A stretch of DNA of 64,000 nt, taken from the NCBI GenBank assembly GCA_021639365.1, contig JAJXHK010000006.1:5797-69796 (forward strand), given 5' to 3'. The stretch comes from Collinsella aerofaciens (lineage in GTDB: Bacteria; Actinomycetota; Coriobacteriia; Coriobacteriales; Coriobacteriaceae). The notes under the pieces were generated by a model. That model was not told where the DNA came from. It saw only the letters and a program-made list of their open reading frames with translations, and searched no databases. This document shows positions 48,666 through 58,553 of this stretch, in pieces. Each line of letters starts with the position of its first letter. Position 1 is the stretch's first letter. The position numbers were made by a program, and so were the translations under genes.

Positions 48666-50720
48666 TTGTGGGAAAATAACGGTGACGAAACGACCAGAGC
48701 CATTGCGGGCTCAAGTAAGACGGGTTTTCCTGTGGACGCGCGCATTCAAGAACTCATCGAGATCATCGGTAAGATCGGAAGGGAAGAGGGAGTCCCCTCC
48801 GCCGATCTCGCTTGCCGCCTCGGAGTGGGAGAACGCACGGTGCGTACCTATGTCCGCCAGGCAAATGAACTCATCGCCCCCTCGGCACGGATCGTAAAAC
48901 GCCGAGGGGGCGGCTATGTCTTAGAGGTCGAAAACGTGACATCGCTTGCCGAAAAGGGGTGCGATGCTCACCAAGCGCGACTCGAAAGCGCTCCGAGAAC
49001 ACGCGAGGAGCGTGTCTCATATCTCGTCAACGACCTCGTTTCACGCTCCGACTGGGTGACCCTCGGCGATCTGGAAAGCACTCTTTGCGCTTCGCGCAGT
49101 GCGATTTCGCTTGATTTAAAGGAAGTGGAACGAACTCTAGACAAGTTCGACCTAACGCTGGAAAGACGCCCCTGGCACGGCCTGCGCGTGCAGGGCGATG
49201 AGCTGAACCGCCGTCTTTGCATAGCCGCCTCGATCGCACGCACCGAACTCATCGCCGCACCCGGAACTCCTCCGACGGACGGAATAGCGAATCGTCTGAT
49301 CGGCATGGAAGGGATACACGATCAGAGGGTGCTCCTGGAAGACATCGTGGAGAGCATAGACAACCTGTTGGCGACAATCGACTACTCCATCAACGCCATC
49401 GCATATCAAAACCTTCTCATTCATATCATCGTCGCAGTCTTCAGAATCGCCGAAGGCCATTACGCTCCCATGGAAAGATCGGACCTGGAAGGCCTCAAGA
49501 ACACTGAGGCATTTGCAGCATCCCGAACGATCGCCGAGGGTATCCGAGATCGTATAGGCATCGAGCTTCCCGAAGAGGAAATCGCCTATATTTCCATCCA
49601 TCTTGCGGGAAAACGCGCCTACTACGAAAACCCGCGGGGGAAATCAACGATCTCTGACGAGATCTGGGATCTTACCGAAAGGATGGTCTACGCCATCTGG
49701 GAAACTTTTCGCTTTGATTTTCGCGGCGATCTCGAGCTCCGCATGAATCTCGCTCGTCATATCGAGCCGCTTTCGATTCGGCTCCAGCACCACATGGAGC
49801 TCAAAAACCCGCTGCTCGGCGAAATAAAAACGCGATACCCCCTCGGTTGGTCGATGGCAACGGAAGCGGGTGCCGTACTGGCGCACCATTTCGGCACGCA
49901 GCTCTCTGAAGATGAAACGGGCTATCTCGCGCTTGCATTCGCCTTGGCAATCGAACGAGAGCACGAAGACGCTCCCAAAAAGAACCTTCTTGTGGTATGT
50001 GCATCCGGAACGGGTAGCGCGCGCCTGCTGGAACATAGATGTGCTCGCGAGTTTGGGGACATCATCAATGAAATCAGAACGTGCGACATCTTGCACATTT
50101 CGAGCGTCGATTTCAGCGATATCGACTATGTCTTCACTACCGTCCCCCTTGACCGAGCACTTCCCGTGCCCGTTCGCGAGATATCGCTATTCCTCGAAAA
50201 GTCCGAGGTGGAAAATCTGCGCAATACCCTCGAAACGGAGACGGAACCGGAAGATGCCTTGCGCTGCCTGGATCGATCTCTGTTTTTCCCTCATCTCCCC
50301 TGCTCGAGTAAAGATGAGGCACTCGATTATCTCTGCATGCAGCTTCGTACCTCAAATGCGCTACCGCGGGATTTCGAAGAACTTGTCCGCAAAAGAGAAG
50401 CTGCCGCCCCGACCTGCTTTGGCAACGGCGTGGCACTCCCCCACCCCCTTGAAGCTGTGAGCGATAGGACGGAAATAGCGATAGGCCTGCTTGATAATCC
50501 TGTTGCATGGGATCCGCAGGGGACACCGGTCCAGGCGGTTTTACTCATCTCGCCCGCACGATCCGCCGATAAGGAAACCCAAGGTCTTTTCAGGCTGCTG
50601 GCCGACTATCTGATAGATACTCAAGCGATCGGCCGTTTACTTGCTGACCGAACCTGGGACTCGTTATTCCAAGGCCTCCTCGACACACAAAAAACGAAGC
50701 GTTCCAAAAAACCGAGATAA
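48666..50720 (+). CDS. BglG/LicR-family PRD-containing regulator
   Basis: HTH pair, two PRDs (ISIHLAGKR; LARHI), EIIB LVVCASGTG, EIIA VALPHP. Start uncertain. Confidence 0.88.
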   Translation: MWENNGDETTRAIAGSSKTGFPVDARIQELIEIIGKIGREEGVPSADLACRLGVGERTVRTYVRQANELIAPSARIVKRRGGGYVLEVENVTSLAEKGCDAHQARLESAPRTREERVSYLVNDLVSRSDWVTLGDLESTLCASRSAISLDLKEVERTLDKFDLTLERRPWHGLRVQGDELNRRLCIAASIARTELIAAPGTPPTDGIANRLIGMEGIHDQRVLLEDIVESIDNLLATIDYSINAIAYQNLLIHIIVAVFRIAEGHYAPMERSDLEGLKNTEAFAASRTIAEGIRDRIGIELPEEEIAYISIHLAGKRAYYENPRGKSTISDEIWDLTERMVYAIWETFRFDFRGDLELRMNLARHIEPLSIRLQHHMELKNPLLGEIKTRYPLGWSMATEAGAVLAHHFGTQLSEDETGYLALAFALAIEREHEDAPKKNLLVVCASGTGSARLLEHRCAREFGDIINEIRTCDILHISSVDFSDIDYVFTTVPLDRALPVPVREISLFLEKSEVENLRNTLETETEPEDALRCLDRSLFFPHLPCSSKDEALDYLCMQLRTSNALPRDFEELVRKREAAAPTCFGNGVALPHPLEAVSDRTEIAIGLLDNPVAWDPQGTPVQAVLLISPARSADKETQGLFRLLADYLIDTQAIGRLLADRTWDSLFQGLLDTQKTKRSKKPR

Positions 50721-50723
50721 AGC

Positions 50724-50757
50724 GGGCGGGGTTTCGCCCATTGTCGAAACCCCGCCC
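50724..50757. terminator. Bidirectional terminator hairpin
   Basis: GGGCGGGGTTTCG...CGAAACCCCGCCC between convergent genes. Confidence 0.75.
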
Positions 50758-50789
50758 AAGCGCGATCGGATCATTCGAATCGTACGCCG

Positions 50790-52223
50790 TTAGAGCTCGG
50801 CTCCATTGGTCTCGATCACATGCTTATACCACCAGAAAGAGTCCTTGCGGTAGCGCTTCATCTCCGATTTGGACGCTTTCTCGTCGTCCTCATCGCGGTC
50901 CACGTAGATAAAGCCGTAACGCTTGGAGATGCCCTCGCGCGTGCTCACCAGATCCATGACGCTCCAGGTGCACAGACCGATGATGTCGGCACCTTCCTCG
51001 ATACCGATTTCGAGCTGGCGGAAAACATCATGCAGGAACTCGATGCGATATTGATCGTGCACGGTCCCGTCTTCAAGCACCTCATGGCGGGCGGTGCCGC
51101 ACTCGGTCACCATGAGCGGCAGGTGATAGCGGGCGGTCAGTCGACGAGCGGTAACACGCAGACACCACGGATCGTATAGGCTGCCGTCCGAGGGATTGGG
51201 CACGAAGTGCTCGTTCAGGCTCGTCTCACCGATACCGGGCTTCTGAGCAAGCGCCAACAAATAGGAAAGCTGACGATTGTCCTGACCGGCAAGGTCTTCG
51301 AGGTCAATGCAGTCATCCCATCCGAGCGCTCGCACGGTATCGTTGCCATAGCAGTTGAACGCAATGAAATCGGGGTGCGCTTCGGCCAGCGCCTCCATGT
51401 CACCGGGAAGCACGTTCATCTTCACGCCCTGATGATCGAGCCAACGAATCACGCTCTTGGGGTAGGTGCCGAACACGAACGGATCAAGGTACATGTTATT
51501 GCGCAGATCATCCATGTTGAGCGCGGCGATGTAATCCTCGGGTGCACTCGTGAGAGGATAACTCGTCGTGATATTGGGAACGGGACCCACCTTGGCTCCC
51601 GGGCAGAGCTCATGGCAGAGCTTCATCGCCTGAGCCTGCATCACCATCATACGATGGGCGATATCATACAGCTCTTGCGGCCCGTGCAGGGAGCGGTCTC
51701 CCGTCATGTCGATAGCACCGTAGAACGTGGTGGCATTGTATTCGTTGTAGGTAAGCCAATAGGGAACTTCGTCGGGACCGAAGTTCTCAAACAGAACGCG
51801 AGCGTAATTGAGATATGCCTCGCACATGGCCGGATTGCGCCAATCCCCGTACTTCTGTTTGAGTTCAAGCGGAATGTCGTAATGAACCAAGGTCATAACA
51901 GGCTTGATACCGTGTTTCTTGCACTCGGCGAATACACGATGATAGAAATCGATGCCTGCCTGGTTGACTTCGCCCTCACCGGAGGGCAGGATGCGCGACC
52001 AGCTGATGGAGCTACGGAAAGCCTTCAGGCCCATCTCGCCCATAAGGGCAATATCCTCAGCGTAATGATGGTAAAAATCACTCGTTACGCGGAAACCGCA
52101 GTTGCCGGGGTTAACGGGACGAACATCCCAGATGGAGAGCCCTTTTCCGTCCGCATCGTACGCTCCCTCGCATTGAGGGGCGGACGCGCTTGAACCCCAC
52201 AGAAAGCCGTCGGGAAATGACAT
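50790..52223 (-). CDS. GH1 6-phospho-beta-glucosidase (TECG nucleophile variant)
   Basis: FPDGFLWG, TYNE, MVTECG, DLVS...KRYGF. Confidence 0.9.
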   Translation of the reverse strand: MSFPDGFLWGSSASAPQCEGAYDADGKGLSIWDVRPVNPGNCGFRVTSDFYHHYAEDIALMGEMGLKAFRSSISWSRILPSGEGEVNQAGIDFYHRVFAECKKHGIKPVMTLVHYDIPLELKQKYGDWRNPAMCEAYLNYARVLFENFGPDEVPYWLTYNEYNATTFYGAIDMTGDRSLHGPQELYDIAHRMMVMQAQAMKLCHELCPGAKVGPVPNITTSYPLTSAPEDYIAALNMDDLRNNMYLDPFVFGTYPKSVIRWLDHQGVKMNVLPGDMEALAEAHPDFIAFNCYGNDTVRALGWDDCIDLEDLAGQDNRQLSYLLALAQKPGIGETSLNEHFVPNPSDGSLYDPWCLRVTARRLTARYHLPLMVTECGTARHEVLEDGTVHDQYRIEFLHDVFRQLEIGIEEGADIIGLCTWSVMDLVSTREGISKRYGFIYVDRDEDDEKASKSEMKRYRKDSFWWYKHVIETNGAEL

Positions 52224-52354
52224 GATTCTTCCTTCCTATCGGTGTTTTATCCTTTTTAGTCTTCCATCAAAGCAAAGGGCACGCCCCTTGCAATTGAGAG
52301 GGCCGGCCTATGTCGGCACCCGAGCCCCGAAAAGGAGCCGGGTGCCGCACGGGA

Positions 52355-54061
52355 TCAAGCCTGAACCGTCTTCTCTTCGGAACGATCGGCTTCCTCAGCC
52401 AGGCACTGCTTGTCGTACATTCTTACGAAGGGGGCATACATCAGATAACCGACCACAAAGCTGACTACGGGGATAAGCAGGTTCTGCCAAGCGAGAGAGC
52501 CGAGGAAATCTCCCAACCCGACAGGCAGCACGCTCATGATCATGATATGCGGCGGGACGAAGAAGCCGACGGAGTAGCCGAACCAGACGATCAGCGCCGA
52601 CACGACACCGTTAAGGACAAATGGGATATCGAGAATGGGGTTGCAGACGATCGGGGTGCCGAATACGATGGGCTCCATGATATTGAATGCGGCGGGAATC
52701 ACAGAAGCCTTGCCCACCGCCTTGAGCTTTTCGGACTTGGCACGCATAAAACGAATCGCCAGGGGCAGGCAATTGCCGGCACCGCCGCAGCAAGCGAACA
52801 CGGCGAACAGGAAGGTGGTCGAAAAGACGGTAGGTTGCCCGGCGGCGTAAAGTTCGGCATTCAGCGACATCGCCTGCATCATGGGAGCCATGAGGGCGAT
52901 ATAGGCGATACCGTTGCCGTGCATGCCGAAACACCACATGATCTGGCCGAACAGAGCAAGAACGATGATGCCAGGTCCGCTGGTAAGGGCGGAGAGGGGC
53001 AGACCGAGCAAGCCCATGACCAAAGAGGGCAACGATGCGCCCACGAAGGTTTCGCACACAAAGCTCAATCCGCGCCACAGGATAACGTTGAAAAAGAGCG
53101 GGATCAGAGCTGTGAAGGAATCCGACAGGAACGGAGGAATGGAGTCGGGCATCTTAATGGAAACGTTTTTGTCCTGGCAAAGCTTGATGATCCTGACGGA
53201 GATGATAGGCAAGATCAGGGCAGTGAAAAGACCGGTACCTCCCAACATAGACGTATCCATGGCGGTCATGGTGGTGCCGTCCGCCAATGCGACCTCCTTA
53301 AAAGGAGCTGACACCATAAGAAAAAGCACGAGCGTGACGATACCGTTAGCAAGCTCGCCCCTCATGCCGAGATTCTTGGTATAGATATAACCGACAGCAA
53401 AAGCGACCGCTACGCTCATGAGGCCCATGGTCATGTTATAGGGAATCATGAGCTGCTGATAAATGGTCGAATCGGTAGTGAGGACGCCGACGGTGTGCAG
53501 AACAGAAGCCACGATGGTGAAGATGGCACCCACCATGGTGAGCGATATGGTGCACATCATGCCGGAAGTGACCGATTGGATAACTTTGTTGGAGCGCGTC
53601 GAAGCGCCAAAGTCCTGCAGCATCTTCATAGGAGCGGAATCGAAAAACCTCTCGAAGATGGTCTTGTTTGCAGGCTCTTCAGGCAAGGCGCTCTCCGACG
53701 CCTCCGCAACGTGATCTGAAGCCGCGGTCACAGTCGGGAAAATCGGTGCATCTGTGTTTTCTTTTGCTTCGGCCATGATGCGGTCGATCTGTTCGAACAC
53801 GTTCTTGCAGTTTGCGGAACCATAGTCATCGGGCGAGATGACATCGCAGGGCTTTCCCGCTGCTTTGATATCATCGATCCGATACCCGATCTGAGGTCCA
53901 GCGAGAACGCAATCGAATTCGTCGACGATATCGAGAAAGCCGTTGAACCCATGGGCTTCCACTTCGAAGTTTTCGATACCGTTCTCCGCCGCATAGTTGG
54001 AGAGCTTCCTCATGAGAATGCTGGTCGAAATGCCGCCACTGCACACAAGCAAGAGCTTCAT
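52355..54061 (-). CDS. PTS cellobiose-family EIIB-EIIC fusion
   Basis: N-terminal LLVCSGGISTS...GPQ (IIB); C-terminal WCFGMHG, AFNIMEPIVFGTPIV.NP (IIC). RBS AAGGA. Confidence 0.9.
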   Translation of the reverse strand: MKLLLVCSGGISTSILMRKLSNYAAENGIENFEVEAHGFNGFLDIVDEFDCVLAGPQIGYRIDDIKAAGKPCDVISPDDYGSANCKNVFEQIDRIMAEAKENTDAPIFPTVTAASDHVAEASESALPEEPANKTIFERFFDSAPMKMLQDFGASTRSNKVIQSVTSGMMCTISLTMVGAIFTIVASVLHTVGVLTTDSTIYQQLMIPYNMTMGLMSVAVAFAVGYIYTKNLGMRGELANGIVTLVLFLMVSAPFKEVALADGTTMTAMDTSMLGGTGLFTALILPIISVRIIKLCQDKNVSIKMPDSIPPFLSDSFTALIPLFFNVILWRGLSFVCETFVGASLPSLVMGLLGLPLSALTSGPGIIVLALFGQIMWCFGMHGNGIAYIALMAPMMQAMSLNAELYAAGQPTVFSTTFLFAVFACCGGAGNCLPLAIRFMRAKSEKLKAVGKASVIPAAFNIMEPIVFGTPIVCNPILDIPFVLNGVVSALIVWFGYSVGFFVPPHIMIMSVLPVGLGDFLGSLAWQNLLIPVVSFVVGYLMYAPFVRMYDKQCLAEEADRSEEKTVQA

Positions 54062-54198
54062 GGTATCCTTCCTTTCCGTTCGCAAGATTCGTTTGGTAAC
54101 GTTATCGTCGCTGATTCGGAACGGAAGCTCCACGTGACAGCGCTTCCGTATGCGTGGAAACGCTACTTCATGCAACTATCTGCCACGAAGCGCGGAGC

Positions 54199-56136
54199 TC
54201 AAGAGAGCAGGCGCACCAGGCAATCCCATGTTTGCTCCTTGACAAGACAGGCCATGGAATTTCCGCCTGTCGAGAACTCCGTTAGCGTGTCGACAAGCGT
54301 TTCGATCTGTCCCAGGGCATCGCGTTCATATGAGACGAGAAATACGGCTTGCACCTGCAAACCCTCTTCATTCCAAACGATCGGTTGCTCGGCAATTCCC
54401 GTCCAAACATAGGTTTCGTCACTACATGCACACACGGGATGCGGCACTGCGATGCAATCGCCAAGCGTCGTGGCAACAAGAGCCTCGCGTTGCCACACAA
54501 GACCCGTGAATCCCTCGTCCACAAGCCCGCTCGCCAGAGCCCGCTCGCACAAAAAGTTCAGAAGATCCTCTTTCGTGGAAAACGGCAAATGGGCGTAAAA
54601 ACGTTCGAGGGAAAACCCTCCCACTTCACTTACCTGAGGGTTGGTATCGTGCAAAATGAGGCGGACGCGCGCCGTTTGAGCTTCATCCAGCACAAACGGA
54701 ACTCTATATGTCGGCACCGGCAGTTTCCGATCGAGCTCGACCGTTGTAAAGACGCAGTCTATGTCGGAGAAATCAACGGTGGCCAGCTGAGGACAATCAA
54801 CCGCTCGCACGCTTTCGAGCAGTTCGGAAAACTTATTGGTCCAAGTTCGCTCCAGCAGCATACCGCCGCTCCGCCCGCCTCCCATCACAACGAGCACTCT
54901 GTGCTTCTCGGGCATCACGCGACGCCGCTCCAAGGCGAAGGCAAAAAGAAGCGCCAGATAGCCCCGCTCGTCCTCAGAGGGAGCTACGCCATAGTGACGC
55001 CTCAGCACCTCGCCCGCAATACCTGCCATACCGTATGCAAACGGATAGGCATCTCGAACTTCCGCGAGTACCGGATTCTCAAGATCCATGTGGTACTTCA
55101 GTCTTACTGCCAGAGGGGCCACATGCTGGGCAAGCCGCATGCGCAAATCGAGATCGGCTAGAAAATCGAAATGGCATGCACGGTCGACCTCGTCGAGAAT
55201 CTCAAGCACCACCGACCAGATCTCATCGGAAACCGTAGATGGAGCGTCGGGCGTGGATGCCGGGACTTCTCCCGCAGGACACTCAAGCGTTCTCTTGGAA
55301 GCAAAATGCAACGCGATGTAGGCAATCTCTTCCGACGGCAGGGCAAAAGATGTGCGTTCCTTTATAAGCTGTGCAAAATCTTGCGCCCACGCATACTCTG
55401 AAGAGGCCTTGATATGCGCAAGCTGATCGGCAGGCATCTGGAGCGTTGAGCCGCGTGAGACACGGACAAAAGCAATGGTCGCATGCAGCATGAGATTACG
55501 ACGGGCAACGGCCGTCAACGCGATACCATTGCGCGCCGCCACTTCATCGAGGCAGGAGACCAGATCTTCCACGGAAACGCCCCGTACGCTATCGACCATC
55601 GTCATGAGGGATTTTCTCCCTATCCGCCCAGCGGCATCGATATACCGCGAGGCAAGATGGGCAAGACAGAGGCGGCGATTCAGTTCAAGCCCCTTTACGC
55701 GGATGCCGTAATGCGGACGACGCTCCAGCGAAAGGTCGTAGCGCGCAAGCATCTCCTCAACCTCGCGAAGCTCAGTCGAAAGCGTGCGGCGCGTCACGTA
55801 AAGCCGCTCCTCAAAATCATCCAATGTGATCCATGCGGGGCGAAACAGCAAATCGAGCAACATGGCATCTACACGCTGCTCTGAGGTTGAAGGCGAAATA
55901 TCCCACGGCGCCCCTCCTTTTAGCAGATCATGGAAAGCATGCTCATCGGTCACGACCAAGGTGTATGCGCCATTTTTCGAGCCGATGTGCGCTGCGTTTT
56001 CCATTTCCCTGTTTGACCGAACAAACCAATTACGGACGGTGCGGGTCGATACATCGAAATGCCCGGCGACAATCGCTGCTGGGCAACTCGGGTGCTCTTG
56101 CACGAACTCGATAAATGCGGCGATCTTCTCATTCAC
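54199..56136 (-). CDS. BglG/LicR-family PRD-containing regulator (second copy)
   Basis: HTH pair, PRDs (IALHFASKR; LAQHV), EIIB-like VLVVMGGGRSG, EIIA IAVPHP. GTG start after AAGGAG. Confidence 0.87.
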   Translation of the reverse strand: MNEKIAAFIEFVQEHPSCPAAIVAGHFDVSTRTVRNWFVRSNREMENAAHIGSKNGAYTLVVTDEHAFHDLLKGGAPWDISPSTSEQRVDAMLLDLLFRPAWITLDDFEERLYVTRRTLSTELREVEEMLARYDLSLERRPHYGIRVKGLELNRRLCLAHLASRYIDAAGRIGRKSLMTMVDSVRGVSVEDLVSCLDEVAARNGIALTAVARRNLMLHATIAFVRVSRGSTLQMPADQLAHIKASSEYAWAQDFAQLIKERTSFALPSEEIAYIALHFASKRTLECPAGEVPASTPDAPSTVSDEIWSVVLEILDEVDRACHFDFLADLDLRMRLAQHVAPLAVRLKYHMDLENPVLAEVRDAYPFAYGMAGIAGEVLRRHYGVAPSEDERGYLALLFAFALERRRVMPEKHRVLVVMGGGRSGGMLLERTWTNKFSELLESVRAVDCPQLATVDFSDIDCVFTTVELDRKLPVPTYRVPFVLDEAQTARVRLILHDTNPQVSEVGGFSLERFYAHLPFSTKEDLLNFLCERALASGLVDEGFTGLVWQREALVATTLGDCIAVPHPVCACSDETYVWTGIAEQPIVWNEEGLQVQAVFLVSYERDALGQIETLVDTLTEFSTGGNSMACLVKEQTWDCLVRLLS

Positions 56137-56451
56137 GGAAAGTCTCCTTAATCGTCTGCAGCGCATAGTGGTAAATCAAACCGTCCTTTGCCTCGTGCAT
56201 CTCGAACGGCATCGCCCCCGCTCAAGCCAGAACCTCATCGTATCCGGCCCACGGTCTGAAGGCGCATCATGCCCCATTATCCCATGCGAACGGTCTCGTC
56301 GAAACATCATGCATCGCCCCGTAAGCCTTCAAGCATGCACGGGTTCTCAAAACGTGTTTGCCACATCCTAAGGGATCGACGATGACGACCTCGATCAACA
56401 TGCCCCACGAAGTCTCATATGCAGTAACGGATACAGACCGCCTTCCTCGCC

Positions 56452-56482
56452 GCGTGAACAGGGGGGGCGTCCCCTGTTCACG
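56452..56482. terminator. Hairpin downstream of the flavodoxin-family gene
   Basis: CGTGAACAGGGG...CCCCTGTTCACG. Confidence 0.65.
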
Positions 56483-56489
56483 GCCCACG

Positions 56490-57020
56490 TTATGCCAGCT
56501 TGCGGGCAAGCGCACGGACCTCTTCCAGCTTGGGCGAGGAGGCCATGCTGTCGCGCGCCTCCATGCCGCTGATGGTGACGATGCCCTGGTCCTCCCACTT
56601 GCAGTAGGCGCAGGTGGCCTTGTACATGGCGATCGCCGCGTCGTACACGCCCTCGCTGTGGCTGTCGAGCAAAAGCGCCGTCTTGGTAAACGGGAAGCCG
56701 GTGGCACCGAAGGCGTACAGGCGGTCGATGGCAGCCTTCTCCTGCGCCGTGATATCGAACCAATAGATCGGCGACGCGAAGACGACCATGTCGGTACCCT
56801 TGAGCGCCTCGATCACGCCGGCCATGTCGTCCTTCTGCACGCAGGTGCCCTCATGGGCGAAGCAGTACTGGCAGCCCAGACAGCCGGCGATCTTCTTGCT
56901 GGCAACGCGGACGACCTCGACCGTGTGGCCACCCTCGCGCGCGGTCTCGGCAAAGGCGTCGACCATTGTGTCGGTGTTGGCGCCCTTGCGCGGGCTGCCG
57001 CTCAAAACAACGATATTCAT
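56490..57020 (-). CDS. Flavodoxin family/NADPH-dependent FMN reductase (iron-sulfur flavoprotein-like)
   Basis: LSGSPRKGANT, GCLGCQYC...C, ASPIYW. Confidence 0.9.
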   Translation of the reverse strand: MNIVVLSGSPRKGANTDTMVDAFAETAREGGHTVEVVRVASKKIAGCLGCQYCFAHEGTCVQKDDMAGVIEALKGTDMVVFASPIYWFDITAQEKAAIDRLYAFGATGFPFTKTALLLDSHSEGVYDAAIAMYKATCAYCKWEDQGIVTISGMEARDSMASSPKLEEVRALARKLA

Positions 57021-57342
57021 AGAATTCTCCCCTCTTGGGTGCCGCAGGCGCGCGGCACGTTTTTTGTTGTAACCAAAACGGATGGAGCTATTCAATCGCC
57101 TGCAAATCACATCTCTTATTCGAGCTCTCCAGACACAATCTCATTGGCTAAAACCTCCTCTGCCGCCTTAATTCTTTCTCCGAAAATTGAGCAGCACATC
57201 ATTGCTCGCAAAGTGTCAGCTGTGGGAAAATTAATTTGACCTTTCTCCCTGCTCGCGTGAGCGTTCGCGTGTATGAGCCTAGCCGCATCGGGCAGGCGCA
57301 ATATAGATCCACGGAAACCGGCCTACGAACAAGGAGTGCCTT

Positions 57343-58263
57343 ATGTATGGACAGCATGTTGCACCACAAACCCATAACAAACGAACTGGCCTGTCTATCC
57401 GCGACGTCAAGCGTCATGCTGGCATCAGAGTCGCCGTTTTCGGAGTAAGCATTCTTGTGGCAGGGCAGCTTTTGCTACCCTGCGCAGCGCTGGCGACCGA
57501 AATGACCGAACCCGATGTCACAGCACCCATTACCCGCGATGAAGCCAACGCGGAAGGCAGCATCACAGCAACCACCGTCGTCGATCACTACTACGACCTT
57601 GAGTTATCCCCTGCCTTCATGTTGGTCCAGAACGAACCGTTCGTATATGACTTCCCCGACAAACCCGAGGACTTCGTCTACGGGCTTAACGACACCGTCC
57701 ACCTCTTCAAGATCGACACCGATACCGAAAGCCTTATAAAAACCGAGAACCCCAAAGAGGCGAGCGTCTCTATTACCCTGACCATGATCGATAATCACGT
57801 ACGAGCAACTGTAGTCTTTACAGGCGGCTACGCCGACGACCAAATCCCTTACAGACTGAACCTCATCAGCTCGACCCACCTTGGCACACACATTGATCAT
57901 GACTTCGACAGCGGGCAGGGGATTATGCGCGAGACGCGGCACGATTACTACATCCGCTACGTATTCGACAGCGACGTGCACCTGATCGCAACCGACACGA
58001 CCGGTCCGCAGCCCGACCCCGGCGCCAAGCCGAACCCAGAGGTCAAACCCAATCCAGAAACCAAGCCCGAACCCACACCGCAGCCTAATGCAGAAAAGCC
58101 CACGGCAAATCCCGTTTCCACCAAGGCGGCAGCGACAGTTAAACCAGTCGAGACCACCCTGCCCGCAACGGGCGACAACCGTGCGCTAGCGGTCGTCCTT
58201 GGTGTTACCGGTGGTGTAGTCGCGGCAGTTGGCGTTTCCGCAACAAGGCATCGCAACCGCTAA
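57343..58263 (+). CDS. LPXTG-anchored cell-surface protein
   Basis: Signal peptide, Pro-rich KPNPE repeats, LPATG followed by a hydrophobic helix and RHRNR. Confidence 0.8.
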   Translation: MYGQHVAPQTHNKRTGLSIRDVKRHAGIRVAVFGVSILVAGQLLLPCAALATEMTEPDVTAPITRDEANAEGSITATTVVDHYYDLELSPAFMLVQNEPFVYDFPDKPEDFVYGLNDTVHLFKIDTDTESLIKTENPKEASVSITLTMIDNHVRATVVFTGGYADDQIPYRLNLISSTHLGTHIDHDFDSGQGIMRETRHDYYIRYVFDSDVHLIATDTTGPQPDPGAKPNPEVKPNPETKPEPTPQPNAEKPTANPVSTKAAATVKPVETTLPATGDNRALAVVLGVTGGVVAAVGVSATRHRNR

Positions 58264-58445
58264 CGAAAGTCAAAACGTCCGTTCGCACAGGCAATCAGCC
58301 AAACTCGTGAGCGCCGCGTTCGAGACCAATAGGATCGTGATGCTGCTAACAGCGACAGCCGGAGCGCAAACAGAGGCATTGCGGGCGTTGGGCGGCGCCG
58401 GCGTAGGTCTCGGCGCGAGCGGCGCTGCATCCCCTGCTCGCGGGG

Positions 58446-58552
58446 TTTGAAGCCGCAAAGGCTGCCCTGAAACTGCCAAGAAAAAAGCCCCGACCCGTTT
58501 ATGCAGGTCAGGGGCTTATAAACGCCTGGTTTTACTAATCCCACTCGATGGC
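58446..58552 (-). mobile_element. att-like junction: degenerate guaA end plus conserved arm
   Basis: Reverse strand GCC ATC GAG TGG GAT TAG (AIEWD*), then hairpin AAGCCCCTGACCTGC...GGGTCGGGGCTT. Homologous to 62875-62991. Confidence 0.72.
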
Positions 58553-58553
58553 C

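Noticed and set aside
54094..54168. cre/LacI-like sites upstream of the PTS IIBC gene (e.g. TGGTAACGTTATCG)
   Set aside because: Only partial consensus matches and no cognate regulator in the window; too weak to call.
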